In this document: in pieces, positions 11,960-24,611 of the stretch
Layout: every line of letters starts with the position of its first letter
Numbering within the stretch: the stretch's first letter is position 1
The notes under the pieces: model-generated
Told to the model about the DNA's origin: nothing
The model's input: only the letters and a program-made list of their open reading frames with translations
The model's database searches: none
Made by a program: the position numbers and the translations under genes
DNA from: Octopus vulgaris
Lineage: Eukaryota
Direction of reading: 5' to 3'
Length of the DNA: 64,000 nucleotides
Assembly (NCBI GenBank): GCA_951406725.2
Contig: OX597841.1
Location: 13,826,001 to 13,890,000, forward strand

Positions 11960-12376
11960 ACCTTACTCTTTTACTCTTTTACTTGTTTCAGTCATTTGAC
12001 TGCGGCCATGCTGGAGCACTGCCTTTAGTCGAGCAAATCAACCCCAGGACTTATTCTTTGTAAGCCCAGTACTTATTCTATCGGTCTCTTTTGCCGAACC
12101 GCTAAGTTACGGGGACGTAAACACACCAGCATCGGTTGTCAAGCAATGCTTGGGGGACAAACACAGACACACAAACATATACACACACACTTATATATAT
12201 ATACATATATACGACAGGCTTCTTTCAGTTTCCGTCTACCAAATCCATTCACAAGGCATTGGTCGGCCCGGGGCTATAGCAGAAGACACTTGCCCAAGAT
12301 GTCACGCAGTGGGACTGAACCCGGAACCATTAGGTTGGTTAGCAAGCTACTTACCACACAGCCACTCCTGCGCCTA
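11960..12376 (-). mobile_element. tRNA-derived SINE, family A (full length)
   Basis: Head ggcgcaggagtggctgtgtggtaag (A box) ...ggttcagtccc (B box); internal (TA/CA)n; (GTAAAAGA)n tail; more than 15 copies or fragments in the window. Confidence 0.85.
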
Positions 12377-12550
12377 TCTAAGATTAAATTTATCTTGATT
12401 GTTTGTTTTTGTTATGGAGTATGATTTCAGAAAGATTTAACTGTTATTTCTAGTTGTTTGAGGGCCTGTAAGGAGGAGGCTCCTTGCCTGTGGTTGTATA
12501 ATGGAAGAAGAAGCAACAAATTAAATTTTAATTAACGAGGGTGAACTTAC

Positions 12551-12750
12551 TGTATGACTTGGTAGGTTGGTCCCTGCTGGCCAGGGCACTGGTGTTTGGA
12601 AGACTGCTGGTGGCGGTGGTGGTGGTGGTGGTGGTGATGGGAGTGAGGGTGGTGCGGGTCAAGGCTTCTCTGTATGCTTCGGGTCACCTCCCGGACACTT
12701 TGCATTTGATTGCGGAGGTCGTGTGACCGCGACTCCAGAGTGTGACGCAG
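12551..12750 (-). CDS. SNCAIP: Synphilin-1-like gene exon (LRHTLESRSHDLRNQMQSVREVTRSIQRSLD + poly-His)
   Basis: Acceptor cttgtttttttcag and donor CA|gtaagt; 200 nt, open, phase 0 to 2. Confidence 0.85.
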
Positions 12751-12774
12751 CTGAAAAAAACAAGTTCAGATAAT

Positions 12775-13168
12775 TCTTTTCTGCTCTAGGAACAAGGCCC
12801 TAAATTTTTTTTTGGGGGTGGGGGCAGTCGATTAGATTAACCCCAGTACGCAACTGGTACTTAATTTATCGACCCCCAAAAGGACCAAAGACAAAATTGA
12901 CCTTGACGGAATTTGAACTCAGAACATAAAGACAGACGAAATATTTATTTCTTTACTACCCACAAGGGGCTAAACACAGAGGGGACAGACAAGGACAGAC
13001 AAAGGGATTAAGTTGATTACATCGACCCCAGTACACAACTGGCACTTAACTTATCAACCCCAAAAGGATGAAAGGCAAAGTCAACCTTGACGGAATTTGA
13101 ACTCAGAACGTAAAGACAGACGAAATACCCCAAAGTATTTCACCCAGCGTGCTAATGTTTCTGCTAGT
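12775..13168 (-). mobile_element. tRNA-derived SINE family B, tandem partial copies
   Basis: gagttcaaattcc B box and cctttcatcctttcggggtcgat..aagtaccag core; the same family occurs at 1308, 33040, 36197, 37422 and 53670. Confidence 0.75.
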
Positions 13169-13627
13169 CAATATTGAAATGAGGGTGGCAGTACTGAAAT
13201 GGACGGGGTCACAATAGGGAAATGAGGGTCACAGTTCTGAATCAAAGGTGATGATGACAACCGTGATGGTGATGGTGATGGTGACTCTTTCTTGGAGTTC
13301 TCTCTTCATCTCTTGGAGACATTATAAAGGGAGCTGTAATTAAGGGGGGCGGAGACACGCACGAAAAAAAATTTCCATAGCTGATGGATGCCGTAATGGG
13401 CACACCTGCCAATTCTTCTTTGTCATTGTTGTTGCTGTCATCATCGTCATCGTCATCATCATCATCATTGTCGTCGTTGTCATTGTCATCATAATCATCA
13501 TCATCATCATCATTATCATCATCGTCGTCATCAAAATCATCATCACCACCACCATCATCATCATCATCATTATCATCATCATCATCGTCATCATCATCAT
13601 CAGCATCATCATCAGCATCATCATCAG

Positions 13628-13668
<41 letters not shown>

Positions 13669-13974
13669 ATAACATCATTGTCATCATTATCATTATCATA
13701 ATCATCATCATCATCAACAACATCGTGGCTGTTGTCTTTGTCATCATTACCATCATCATTGTCGACGTCATCATCAGCATCATCAGCATCATCATCATCT
13801 AAACATCACCTTTTATATCCTCCCCTGAGTCAGACTGTATTCCTTAAGGCAAAATTTCCACGGCTGGGATCCCCTTCCTGTCACCAACTCTCACTTGTTT
13901 CCAAGCAGCTGTGATGACGACAAGCATGATGATGACGATGACAACCTTGTATCTATGTGAGGAACAGTTCTTAC

Positions 13975-14017
13975 CATTTCAGCTTCTGATCTCACGGATT
14001 CCAGTTGGTTGTTGACC
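13975..14017 (-). CDS. SNCAIP: Synphilin-1-like gene, 43-nt exon (RVNNQLESVRSEAEM)
   Basis: Acceptor ccctttgttttcag and donor ATG|gtaaga; phase 2 to 0. Confidence 0.85.
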
Positions 14018-14384
14018 CTGAAAACAAAGGGAGAAGAATTTCAAGCAGTTCTTTAGAACATATAACATTTCTAGTGTTTCACCAAACGGTGGGACATTTG
14101 TAGTTTTAAAGTCACAGGTGACCTTCTGAAGCACAAAGTGTAGCTTTCTGAATGGTTGAGTGAAGCCTTCCGAAGGGCTAAGAGCAACCTTCTCAAGGGT
14201 TAAATATGACCTTCTGAGGGGTTAAATGTAATCTTCTGAGGGGCTGTGGACTTGTGAGATCCTAAATTCAAACATTTGTTTGACCACATGCAGCTTTCTG
14301 AAGAGCTGTGTGACTTTCTAAAAGGTCAGGCAGAGCCTTTTAAAGGGCTAAGTGTGGTCCTCTGAGGGGATAAATTTGGCCTTG

Positions 14385-14596
14385 GAATACAGGTACAACA
14401 GAAACAGGAAGAAAGAGTGAGAGAAAGTTGTGGTGAAAGAGTACAGCAGAGTTTGCCACACCACACCCCTGCCGAAGCCTCGTGGAGTTTAGGTGTTTGC
14501 ACTCAATAAACACTCACAACGCCTGGTCTGGGAATCGAAACTGCAATCCTACAAACGTGAGTCCGCTGCCCTAACCACTGGGCCATTGCGCCTCCA
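14385..14596 (-). mobile_element. tRNA-derived SINE family C
   Basis: Head ggaggcgcaatggcccagtggttagggcagcggactc...tttcgattccc; related copies at 22843, 25640-26100, 41210 and 49200-49577. Confidence 0.75.
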
Positions 14597-14827
14597 CAAG
14601 GAGCACTCCATTGGTTATGACAATGAGGGTCCCAGCTGATCTGGTCAACGGAACAGCTTACTCGTGAAAATAACATGCAAGTGGCTGAGCGCTCCCCTGC
14701 AAGGACAAATAAGTACAGTTGTTAAAGCATACATGGGTTTGAATAAAAGACGGGAGGGTCAACGCAGGACCCTGGTGGGGTGGGGGTGGGGTAACAAAAA
14801 CAAAAAAGAAAAAGAAATCCTACTTAC

Positions 14828-14997
14828 CTTTCCACCAAAGACCCAAAATTGCACATTTCTCTCAATAAAATATGACTCAGCTCAAAAACAGCCAAATAAT
14901 TCCAGCAGTCTATGTGGCCTGCTGACAGGGCCACCTGTGAGGGTCTCAACCCTTGGGGATCCAATGCTGTTAGATCAAAGGCTTTTTCCACGAGGAC
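14828..14997 (-). CDS. SNCAIP: Synphilin-1-like gene exon: ankyrin repeat plus start of synphilin coiled-coil (VLVEKAFDLTALDPQGLRPSQVALSAGHIDCWNYLAVFELSHILLREMCNFGSLVE)
   Basis: Not in the ORF track. Acceptor ctgcag and donor AG|gtaagt. Aligns by eye with recalled human synphilin-1 TLVEYGANVTMQNHAGEKPSQSAERQGHTLCSRYLVVVETC (PSQ, GH..C..YL.V.E conserved). Confidence 0.88.
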
Positions 14998-15217
14998 CTG
15001 CAGCAGAACCAGAATAAAGAATTTTAGGGGTCAGCTTTTATATTGTGATTTCAATCCTTGCTGTGGTGTTTACTGTTTCTTTTTACCTTTTGCTTGTTTC
15101 CGTCATTAGACTGTGGCCATGCTGGGGCACAGCCTTGAGGAATTTTTAGTAGGATGAACTGATACCTCTGACACCAATACTTAGTTTATTTGGGGTTTTT
15201 TTAAGTTTCGTACTTAT

Positions 15218-15262
15218 CTCACACTGAGGACAGGTAACCACCTAGAAACCCTGGTCTGTGAG
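15218..15262 (+). ncRNA. Minimal type I hammerhead ribozyme-like motif
   Basis: CUCACA CUGAGGA c-AGGU aacc ACCU-a GAAAC ccug GUC UGUGAG; 6-bp helix I, 4-bp helix II with a mismatched basal pair. Confidence 0.55.
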
Positions 15263-15874
15263 TATTTCATAAGGCTAGAGATGAGAGCGATGACCTCCTT
15301 TGTGAATGCTATACAGTTACACAAACTGTGTACACATGGTTTCAGGTTCAGTCCCACTGCACAGCACCTTGAGCAAGTGTCTTCTACTATAGCCTTGTGA
15401 GTGGATTTGGTAGATGGAAACTGAAAGAAGCCTGTCGTATATATATATATATATCACCATCATCATCATCATCATATATATGTGTGTATTTGTGTATGTT
15501 TATGCATGTGTTTACTATTTGAAAAGTACCATTGATCAAAAACTGACGAAGAATTATGGACTTTCTGTTCCCCTCCCATTTGTTTTTACATTCAGTATAC
15601 AATATACGTTATGTTGTTTTTTTATACATTTTCATAATATATATTTATGTATATATATGTGTATATATATGTATATATATATATATGATAGTCTTATTTT
15701 AGTTTCCGTCTACCAAATATCACATTTTTACAATTGCATCAGTCCCAGAGCTTATATTTTTATCGGCCCTGAAAAAATAAGCGGTGAACAAAACACCACA
15801 AGACATTCTGTCAGATGCTCAACAGACTCTGACAATTCCCCAACCACGTAGAGGCACTTTGGTTCCTAACTTAC

Positions 15875-16003
15875 CTGTAAACACTGGAGATGTCCGTTAT
15901 AGGCGGCACAGTGTGCCAGAGTGTAACCTTTCTCAGACATTCTCAGGTCTTCACATTCCATGCAGACGTCTCCCAGCAACGCTAAGCCATTTGTCTCAAC
16001 TTT
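15875..16003 (-). CDS. SNCAIP: Synphilin-1-like gene exon, ankyrin repeat (KVETNG...KGYTLAHCAAYNGHLQCLQ)
   Basis: Acceptor ttttcttttgcag and donor CAG|gtaagt; 129 nt, phase 0/0; ankyrin G.T..H.AA..GH..C pattern. Confidence 0.9.
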
Positions 16004-16303
16004 CTGCAAAAGAAAAAAAATAATGTTTTCTGAAGTCAACTGATAAATCCTCTTTGGTTGCAAAGCAGGCTTTTAATCACACAGTCACATCTGCACCTGT
16101 GTTGTTTGTTTTGTCTTGTTTTTTTTAAATAAAAGATGCTGTACTTAGAAAAAGCATGACAAGATGGGATGGCCAAAGTAGGATTGCTTTTCATTAGAGG
16201 TCTGTTCAATCAAGGTGGACTTAGGACAAAACAATAACAACAACAACAGCAACAATGACATGCACAGACAATAAAATGTTAAACAACAGAGAAATTTACT
16301 TAC

Positions 16304-17062
16304 CAATTTTGGAGACTCCATCAGTGCCTTCTTGAGGATTTTGTGGGTAACCAATCCCTTTTGTGGGTGGGACCAGACACCACAATCAACCATGTTGCTC
16401 TGTCTGCCCTTCTCTTTGATGCTGGGCCCTAATGAGATAGAGGCATTATGACCCACATCAACTTTTGGTCGTCGGAAACTGTCTCTGTGAAACCTGCTGT
16501 TACGATTACCATTGCACTCTACATCTGAGCCACTTTTGACACCATTGCTGTTGTTATTGAGGCTGCTGCAACTGCCACTATGACTGCAGCCATTGCTTGC
16601 AATATTGCAATTGTTATTGTTGGTTGGAGTATTAGGGGTGATATCTGCAGTGACGGTGAAGGTGTTGGCAGCTTTGGTGCTGCAGGGTCTCATTTGTCCC
16701 TGCCTGTTATTGTTCACATTTGAATCTGTTAACACCCGACACCTGCGTTGGCTGCCAAACAAGGCTTTATTCCGCATACGTGCACTCTGGCCAGTGCAAC
16801 CACCCTCCAAGCTACACGTGTCGCTCAGTGGAAAAAGATAGTCATCCTCGGGTTGTCGGAGGTCATCATACGAAAGTGACTTCTTTGCCCTCAATGCTTG
16901 CTCCGCGTTGTCCTTCCGTCGAAATAAGTTGTTTCCTATTCTCGGCTTCTGCTTGCGGTTCTGTGTAATCTTCTTCTCAAGGAAACACACAGCCTCTGTC
17001 ACCTTTGACCGTGCATCTTTCTCGCTTTTCACCTTCAGCCTCTGACCTCTCTGCATGTCATC
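16304..17062 (-). CDS. SNCAIP: Synphilin-1-like gene exon (DDMQRGQRLKVK...KALMESPKL), 253 codons
   Basis: Core of ORF 16145-17056; acceptor acatctag and donor TTG|gtaagt; phase 0/0. Confidence 0.87.
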
Positions 17063-17924
17063 CTAGATGTACACACAAAAATAAAAATAGAAACAATTAC
17101 ATCATGAAATACTCCATCAGTGCTGATGGTAAGTGTTCCAGTTTATGCAATCAATAGAACAGCCTGTCTGTGAGATTAACATGCAGGGGACTGAGTACTT
17201 CAGAGACACATGCACCCTTAACGTAGTTCTCAAAGAGAACATGTCTAGCTATGGACCAATGTTAACTTGTTTGAGAAGTGAGGATTGGTGACAGGAAGGG
17301 CATCCCAACTGTAAGAAATCCAATTCATCAAATTCTATCTGACCCATGTCAGCAAGGAAAAGTGAACACTAAAAACAATGGTGATAAATAGCGTATACAC
17401 ACACACACACAGAATCATGACATTGTAAGGTAGGTGTGAGATGCTGGATCTGGCCACTTTGATCATAAAACGGGTAGAATATTTGGGCTGGATATGACTG
17501 GTTTATATGCTAAAGGGTTAAAATGAGTAGGGAGTTTGTTGAGGGGAGATTTGGCTGTTACATTGTGTAAGGCCAAGTGACTACATAGAAACTCCCTCAC
17601 TGGTTCACATGGTCCCTATTTTAACCCTTTTAGGGTTCAGATTACTCTGTCAAATGCAATGCTTATTTATTCACAGTATTTTGAATTAATAAGGCATTAT
17701 CTCATGGCTTTGAAATTTCAATTATGGAATTTTATTTTTTAGAATGATGTTGTAGGGCAGGTATGAGAGGCCTGATCTGGTCAGCTCGACCATAAAAGAG
17801 GTTGAATATTTGGGCCTGATATCGCTGGTTTAAATGTTAGCAGGTAAAAGTGAATAGGGAGTTTGTTGAGGGCAGATTTGGCTGTTATATTGTGTAAGGT
17901 CAAGTGACTACACAGAAGCTCTCT

Positions 17925-18500
17925 TGCTGGTCATGGTTGGAATATCTTTGATCATAGGTCTGCCTGATCAGTACTGGCCTGGGGTTAAACAAAGAAGGAT
18001 ACATGTGATAATGCAGTTCTAGATACACTATGTTTGAATAAAAGATGGGATGGTCACAGCTGGACTATCTTTGATCAAAGGTCTGCTGGATCAGGACTGA
18101 CCTGGGGCTAAACAACAAGAAGGACACATTAGATAATGTAGTCCTAGATACACTATGCCTGAATCAAAGATAGGATGGTCACAGCTGGACCATCTTTGAT
18201 CAAAAGTCTGCTGGATCAGGAGTGACCTGGGGCTAAACAACAAGAAGGACACATTAGATAATGTAGTCCTAGATACGCTTATGTCTGAATAAAAGATGGG
18301 ATGGTCATGACCGGAACATCTTTGATCATAAGTTTGCTGGATCAGGACTGACCTGGGGCTAAACAACAACAACAAGGAAGGACACATCAAAAAAATGTAG
18401 TCCTAGGTACACTATGCTTCAATACAAGAAGGGAAAGCCTTTCGAATACCTTTTAATACAGGATCTGCTAGATTAGGATACTACAACATCAACAACAACG
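17925..18500. repeat. ~120-bp unit tandem repeat (about 5 units)
   Basis: Recurrent ggatcaggactgacctggggctaaacaac..ggacacattagataatgtagtcctagatacact; the same family occurs at 53040-53485, 16145-16250 and 28110-28250. Confidence 0.85.
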
Positions 18501-18511
18501 AAAGGACCTAC

Positions 18512-18795
18512 CCCAGAGACCGTGCTGTCGCTGTTTCGAACTGTGTCATCGGACGAAGAGGCGAAACACTCCGAAATATTATCGTCGATTGGGAATTCTT
18601 TAACGAACGTCTCAAAGTCTTCGTCGAATCTTCTGTTCCACAGGTTGAAGTTGGCATCGGCACCACTGCCACCACCGCCACCGCCACCGCCGCCGCCCCT
18701 GCCACCGCCTCTGCCACCACCTTCACCTCCGCCCAGGCGGCCATCGTGGCTCCTCTGGACGTAGCGTTGCTTCAAGGATTTGATGCTGAGAAAAT
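18512..18795 (-). CDS. SNCAIP: Synphilin-1-like gene exon (DFLSIKSLKQRYVQRS, poly-Gly, ...DEDFETFVKEFPIDD...VSG)
   Basis: Acceptor ctttgtag and donor GGG|gtaggt; 284 nt, phase 1 to 0. Confidence 0.82.
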
Positions 18796-18889
18796 CTACA
18801 AAGTTCCGAAAAGTAAAAAGAAGAAGAAGAAGAAGAAACAAATGAAGTTTTAAAATCTGTTCTTTTTTTTCTTTTACTTTTTGGTATTT

Positions 18890-19260
<371 letters not shown>

Positions 19261-19781
19261 CCTTTTTTTTTTAGACATTCATTAGTACAACATCCCCACC
19301 CCCCAAATATATGGCACACTAGGCATAACAACAACATGAACTTCCAACCCTGTTGTCTCTTGAGGTCTCTGGGTGAGACTTGGAGCCAACTTGTACAAAT
19401 ATAAAGCAAAAGTCAAACATAGAATAATAATAATAATAATAATACTCTCTCTCTCTTTTACTCTTTTACTTGTTTCAGCCATTTGACTGCGGCCATGCTG
19501 GAGCACCGCCTTTAGTCGAGCAAATCGACCCCGGGACTTATTCTTTCGTAAGTCCAGTACTTATTCTATCAGTCTCTTTTTGCCGAACCGCTAAGTGACG
19601 GGGACGTAAACACACCAGCATCGGTTGTCAAGCAATGCTAGGGGGGACAAACACAGACACACAAACACAGACACACAAACACATACACACGCATACATAC
19701 ATATATATATATATACATATATACGACGGGCTTCTTTCAGTTTCCGTCTACCAAAAATGATGATAATAATAATAATAATAA

Positions 19782-19812
<31 letters not shown>

Positions 19813-19899
19813 AAGAAGAAGAAGAAGAAGAAGAAGAAGAAGAAGAAGAAGAAGAAGAAGAAGGAGAGGAAGGAAGGAAGAGGTAAAATAAAAACATAA

Positions 19900-20220
19900 A
19901 TAAGTAAATGAAATACAATCCTTTAAAATTTGAAATTGCAAGAATTTGGAATATGGAAAGTAAATGTTGTGATTGTAGTAATTGGTGCTTTGGGAATTGT
20001 GAGTAAAGATATTGAGAAATGGTTGAAGGAGGTTGGAATAGAATGTCTTGGAGAGCTTCTACAGAAAGGGTTTGCCTTTTGGGGACAGGAAGGATTATCA
20101 AAAGGGTTCTAAGCACTCGAAGGACTAATCAAAGACTGAGGATATCTAGGGTTATAGGGAGTGGCCCCCTGCTACCCACATAAATCCTGCCAGGAATAAA
20201 ACCAAACTTGAATCAAATTA
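19900..20220 (+). mobile_element. R4/Dong-like (restriction-like endonuclease) LINE 3' fragment
   Basis: Frameshifted translation KY..LKFEIARIW...VVIGALGIVSKDIEKWL..GI...LQK...GT.RII.RVL. Confidence 0.65.
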
Positions 20221-20649
20221 ATAACAAGAGCTCTCAGAGAACACAAACCTCCACCAAGGCATCACCAATGCCCTCTCAACGATTATCCAGAGATGATTTT
20301 TAAAATGAGAATATCTGAAATAAACTCGACTGCTTTACAAATGAGAATTCTAAAAATGAACCTGGACACTCTCAAAAATTAAGTAAAAAAAAACAGGGAA
20401 AATAATCCAGAATCCTTGTCCGGTACTGGATTGATCTGAAAATCTAATCAGCTTGTGCTAGTCATGAGGCCAAACATCCCTGGAAGTTTCATCTGAATCC
20501 ATCCAGTGGTTCTTGGGATATTTTGTCCACAGACAAACAAACAAACACAACTAAAAACAATACCTCTACCTTCACTAAGGTGAATAACAATAATAATAAT
20601 GATAATAATGATAATGATAATAATGATAATGATAATAATGATAATAATG

Positions 20650-20717
<68 letters not shown>

Positions 20718-20827
20718 GATAATGATAATAATGATAAATACCTCTACCTTCACTAAGGTGAATAACAATAATAATAATGATAATAATGATAATGATAATA
20801 ATGATAATGATAATAATGATAATAATG

Positions 20828-20892
<65 letters not shown>

Positions 20893-20950
20893 GATAATGA
20901 TAATAATGATAATAATAATAATAATAATGATAATAATGATAATAATAATG

Positions 20951-20981
<31 letters not shown>

Positions 20982-21051
20982 TAATAATGATAATGATAAT
21001 AATGATAATAATGATAATAATTATATTGATAATAATAATAATAATAATGAT

Positions 21052-21208
21052 ACGAAAACAATTGCAGCGTGGAAGGTGTTTGTAAGCCATTTAAGAAACA
21101 CACAAAAGCCGTTCGATTCACTTCAACATTTAAGTTTAGTGAATCGAACGGTTTCTGTGTGTTTCTTAAATGGCTTATAAACACCTTCCACGCTGCAATT
21201 GTTTTCGT
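21052..21208. repeat. Near-perfect hairpin, ~71-bp arms, 15-nt loop
   Basis: 21052-21122 is the reverse complement of 21138-21208 with about 3 mismatches. Confidence 0.9.
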
Positions 21209-21447
21209 TCCAGTACACGATCTCAGATCAGGTCACTTGCTATGCGAGTACATCTCGATAATAATGATAATGATAATAATGATAATAATGATAATAATGA
21301 TAATAATAATTGTGATGATTGTGGGTATAACATACTGTTTCGATCTAAGGACAAACATCTTTGGAATTCTGCTGGGTCCATCCTTCCGGGTAAGTGAATA
21401 AGGGTTGTGACAAGGGTTAGCAAGGAGCAGGGTTAAAATGGTGGATA

Positions 21448-21483
<36 letters not shown>

Positions 21484-21502
21484 GGACAGAGACAGAGAGA
21501 CA

Positions 21503-21540
<38 letters not shown>

Positions 21541-22992
21541 GACGAGTGAGAGAGAGAGAGAAGTGGTTGAGAGGGGCTCAGGGATTAGGATCAGCCCCGG
21601 TCTTTGTTCCTTTTTGTTTCTTTGCAGTGTCTGCAGCAGCAGCAGCGGTGGTGGTGGTGGTGGTGGTGGCAGTGGTAGTAGTGGTGGTGGTGGTGGTGGT
21701 AGTGGTAGTAGTGGTGGTGGTGGTGGTGGTGGCAATGGTAGTAGTGGTGGTGGTAGTGTTGGCCATAGTGGTGGTGGTGGTGGTGGTGGCAGTGGTAGTA
21801 GTGGTGGTGGTGGTGGTGGCAATGGTAGTAGTGGTGGTGGTAGTGTTGGCCATAGTGGTGGTGGTGGTGGTGGTGGTGGTAGTGTTGGTCGGGGTGGTGG
21901 TGTTGGGTAATAGTAGCAGTATACATATGTAAGTGTTCATGTGTGTGTATATGAATCTCTGTGCGTGTATGCATGTGTGTGCATGTGTGTGTGTGTATGT
22001 GTGTGTATGTATGTATGTACATGTGTGTGTGCGTGCATATATCCCTATATGTATGCATTAATCCTATTGCAGCTGTGAAGACTTGCTAATCCTATGATCA
22101 CGTGTTCAAACCTTACCACAACACCTATTGTCTATCTGCTTTAGCCCCTGGGCAAGGTGTACCTCCACCTACACAGCTCTACTTACCACATCAAACAGTT
22201 CACCTAAGTAATCAATCTACCTGCTAAAAATAGCACCTCAGACTGTATAGTGCAAATAGTAGGAAACGGGACCCACGTGGTCTGTCGGAAGGGTAACGTC
22301 AGTGTGCATGTACGACAGGGCGTAATGGATTTAAGAGTAAATTTGGGTTATAAGAGGCAGGTAAGTTTACAGGTAAGATTACAGGTAAGTCCAGCACCCC
22401 CAATTCATCACAGGGAAAGTTTGCTGCCGTTAAATCATTGTGGAGAAAGTTCACCGCAAGGAAAGTTTATTGAGAAAATACATCCATAATATCTCACCAT
22501 TCATCATCATCATCGTTTAACATCCACTTTCCATGCTGGCATGGGTTGGACGATTTGACTGATGGCTGGCGAACCAGATGGCTGCACCAGGCTCCAATCT
22601 TGATCTGGCAGAGTTTCTACAGCCGGGTGCCCTTCCTAACGCCATTATTTGGTATTTTTTGATTCCATGTAACACATGTTTCATAACAAGCTAGGAATCA
22701 CTAAGGTGCACCTGTAGGGGAAATATATATAATCTCCTGTCTGTAATTCTACAGACAAATGGAACTAAAAATATACCAAATTTTCCAGTCTTCTGTTTTG
22801 ACATACATGCATATGTTTTGACACACAGACATACATATACATCGGAGGCGCAACGGCCCAGTGGTTGGGGTAGCGGACTCGCGGTCGTAGGATCGCGGTT
22901 TCGATTCCCAGACCGGGCGTTGTGAGTGTTTGGTCGGATCAACCGGAACCCTCATCGTCGTAACCGACGGAGTGCTTCCACATCCACATATA

Positions 22993-23023
<31 letters not shown>

Positions 23024-23511
23024 GTTTAACATCCGCTTTCCATGCTAGCATGGGTTGGACGATTTGACTGAGGTCTGCGAACCAGATGGCTGCACCAGGC
23101 TCCATTCTGATCTGGCAGAGTTTCTACAGCTGGATGCCCTTCCTAATGCCAACCACTCCGAGAGTGTAGTGGGTGCTTTTTATGTGCCACCTGCACAGGA
23201 GCCAGTCCAGCAGCACTGGCAACGATCTCGCTCAAATAGTTAAAAAACTATTTTAAATCTTTAAATCTTTAAATTGTTTCAGCTTCAAAGCTGTGGCCAT
23301 GCTGGGGTTACTGAAAACAAAAAATGGTGAATTGATGATGGTAAATTTTCCCTGTGGTGAATTGATGACGGTGGACTTACCAGACATGAGAGGCACCATT
23401 TGTAGTGTTCAAGAGAGAAGACTGTGCTGGTATGGTCAAGTGAAGGTGGTGTTGGTGGTGATGGTGGTGGTGGTGGTGGTAATGATGATGATCATAAAGA
23501 TAACAATGACA

Positions 23512-23573
<62 letters not shown>

Positions 23574-23689
23574 AACAGCCACAATGACGACGACAACACT
23601 GATTAAGCGATAACGATGCGTTATTATCTGCCAGCAAAGATGCGAGATAAACGTGTCCATAAATCATATCTGATGAAAATAAAAGTTAC

Positions 23690-23734
<45 letters not shown>

Positions 23735-24611
23735 AGAGAGAGAGAAAGAGAGAGAGAGAGGAAAAGAGAGAGAGAGAGAGAAATAAATAAAAGAATTAAA
23801 AACGTGAATCATGCGAAAACATTAAAAAAAAAAAGATAGTCCATGAAACGATGCTTCGTTAATGAGGAGGTAATTAATTGTCTGATCGGATTTAAAGTGT
23901 GAGGAATTCATTTCAATATTGGTTTTTTTAGTGAGAGAAATCCTAGACAGAGGCGGAAATATAAGAAGTGAGACTGAAAGAAATTGTGTCTGGTTTTTTT
24001 TTTTTTTAGGTGGAAGATCGCTCGCTTTTGAGGGGAGGGGCAAGAGGAGAGGCTGGTTGGTGCCATCAACACCCATCCTTCTACGTGACCGGTGCCTTAG
24101 TCTATTATCATCATCAGCATCATCATCTTCACAATAGTTGTTGTCATCACAGCTATCGTCGTCATCGTCATCATCGTCATCGTCCTCCTTCTCCTCCTTC
24201 TCATCATCATCATCATCGTCATCATCATCATTGATGTCATTTCCACCACCACCACCACCACCACCATCATCATTACCATCATCATCATCATCTTTATCAT
24301 TAACATCATCCATCACCAGCACTACAACCATCATCATCAACCTCATCACCATCACCACCATCACCACCATCACCACCACCTCCACCACCACCACCACCAC
24401 CACCACCACCACCAGATAAAATGCATGCATGAATAATTCAAAACAATGTGAGTAATTAAGCGTCTCGTTTGCAAGACTAATCTCAATGTCAAAGGGTTTT
24501 AATTGCAGTGCCACCAGTTTCCAGTTTGATGGGGGTCAGTCGACCCTGTTGATCCTTGTACTTGACTGGTACTTTATTCTATTGACCCCTGGAGGATAAA
24601 TCACACAAGTG

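Noticed and set aside
12146-12424. Recurring ORFs such as [35 protein letters not shown]
   Set aside because: Translations of SINE family A, not a gene family.
17925-18500. Regularly spaced repeats resembling a CRISPR array
   Set aside because: The whole ~120-bp unit repeats, so there are no unique spacers; no cas genes; eukaryotic context.
22843-22920. tRNA-like sequences with A and B boxes (also 14520-14596, 49500-49577, 59104-59175)
   Set aside because: These are heads of multi-copy SINEs that continue into SINE bodies and do not form a complete cloverleaf.
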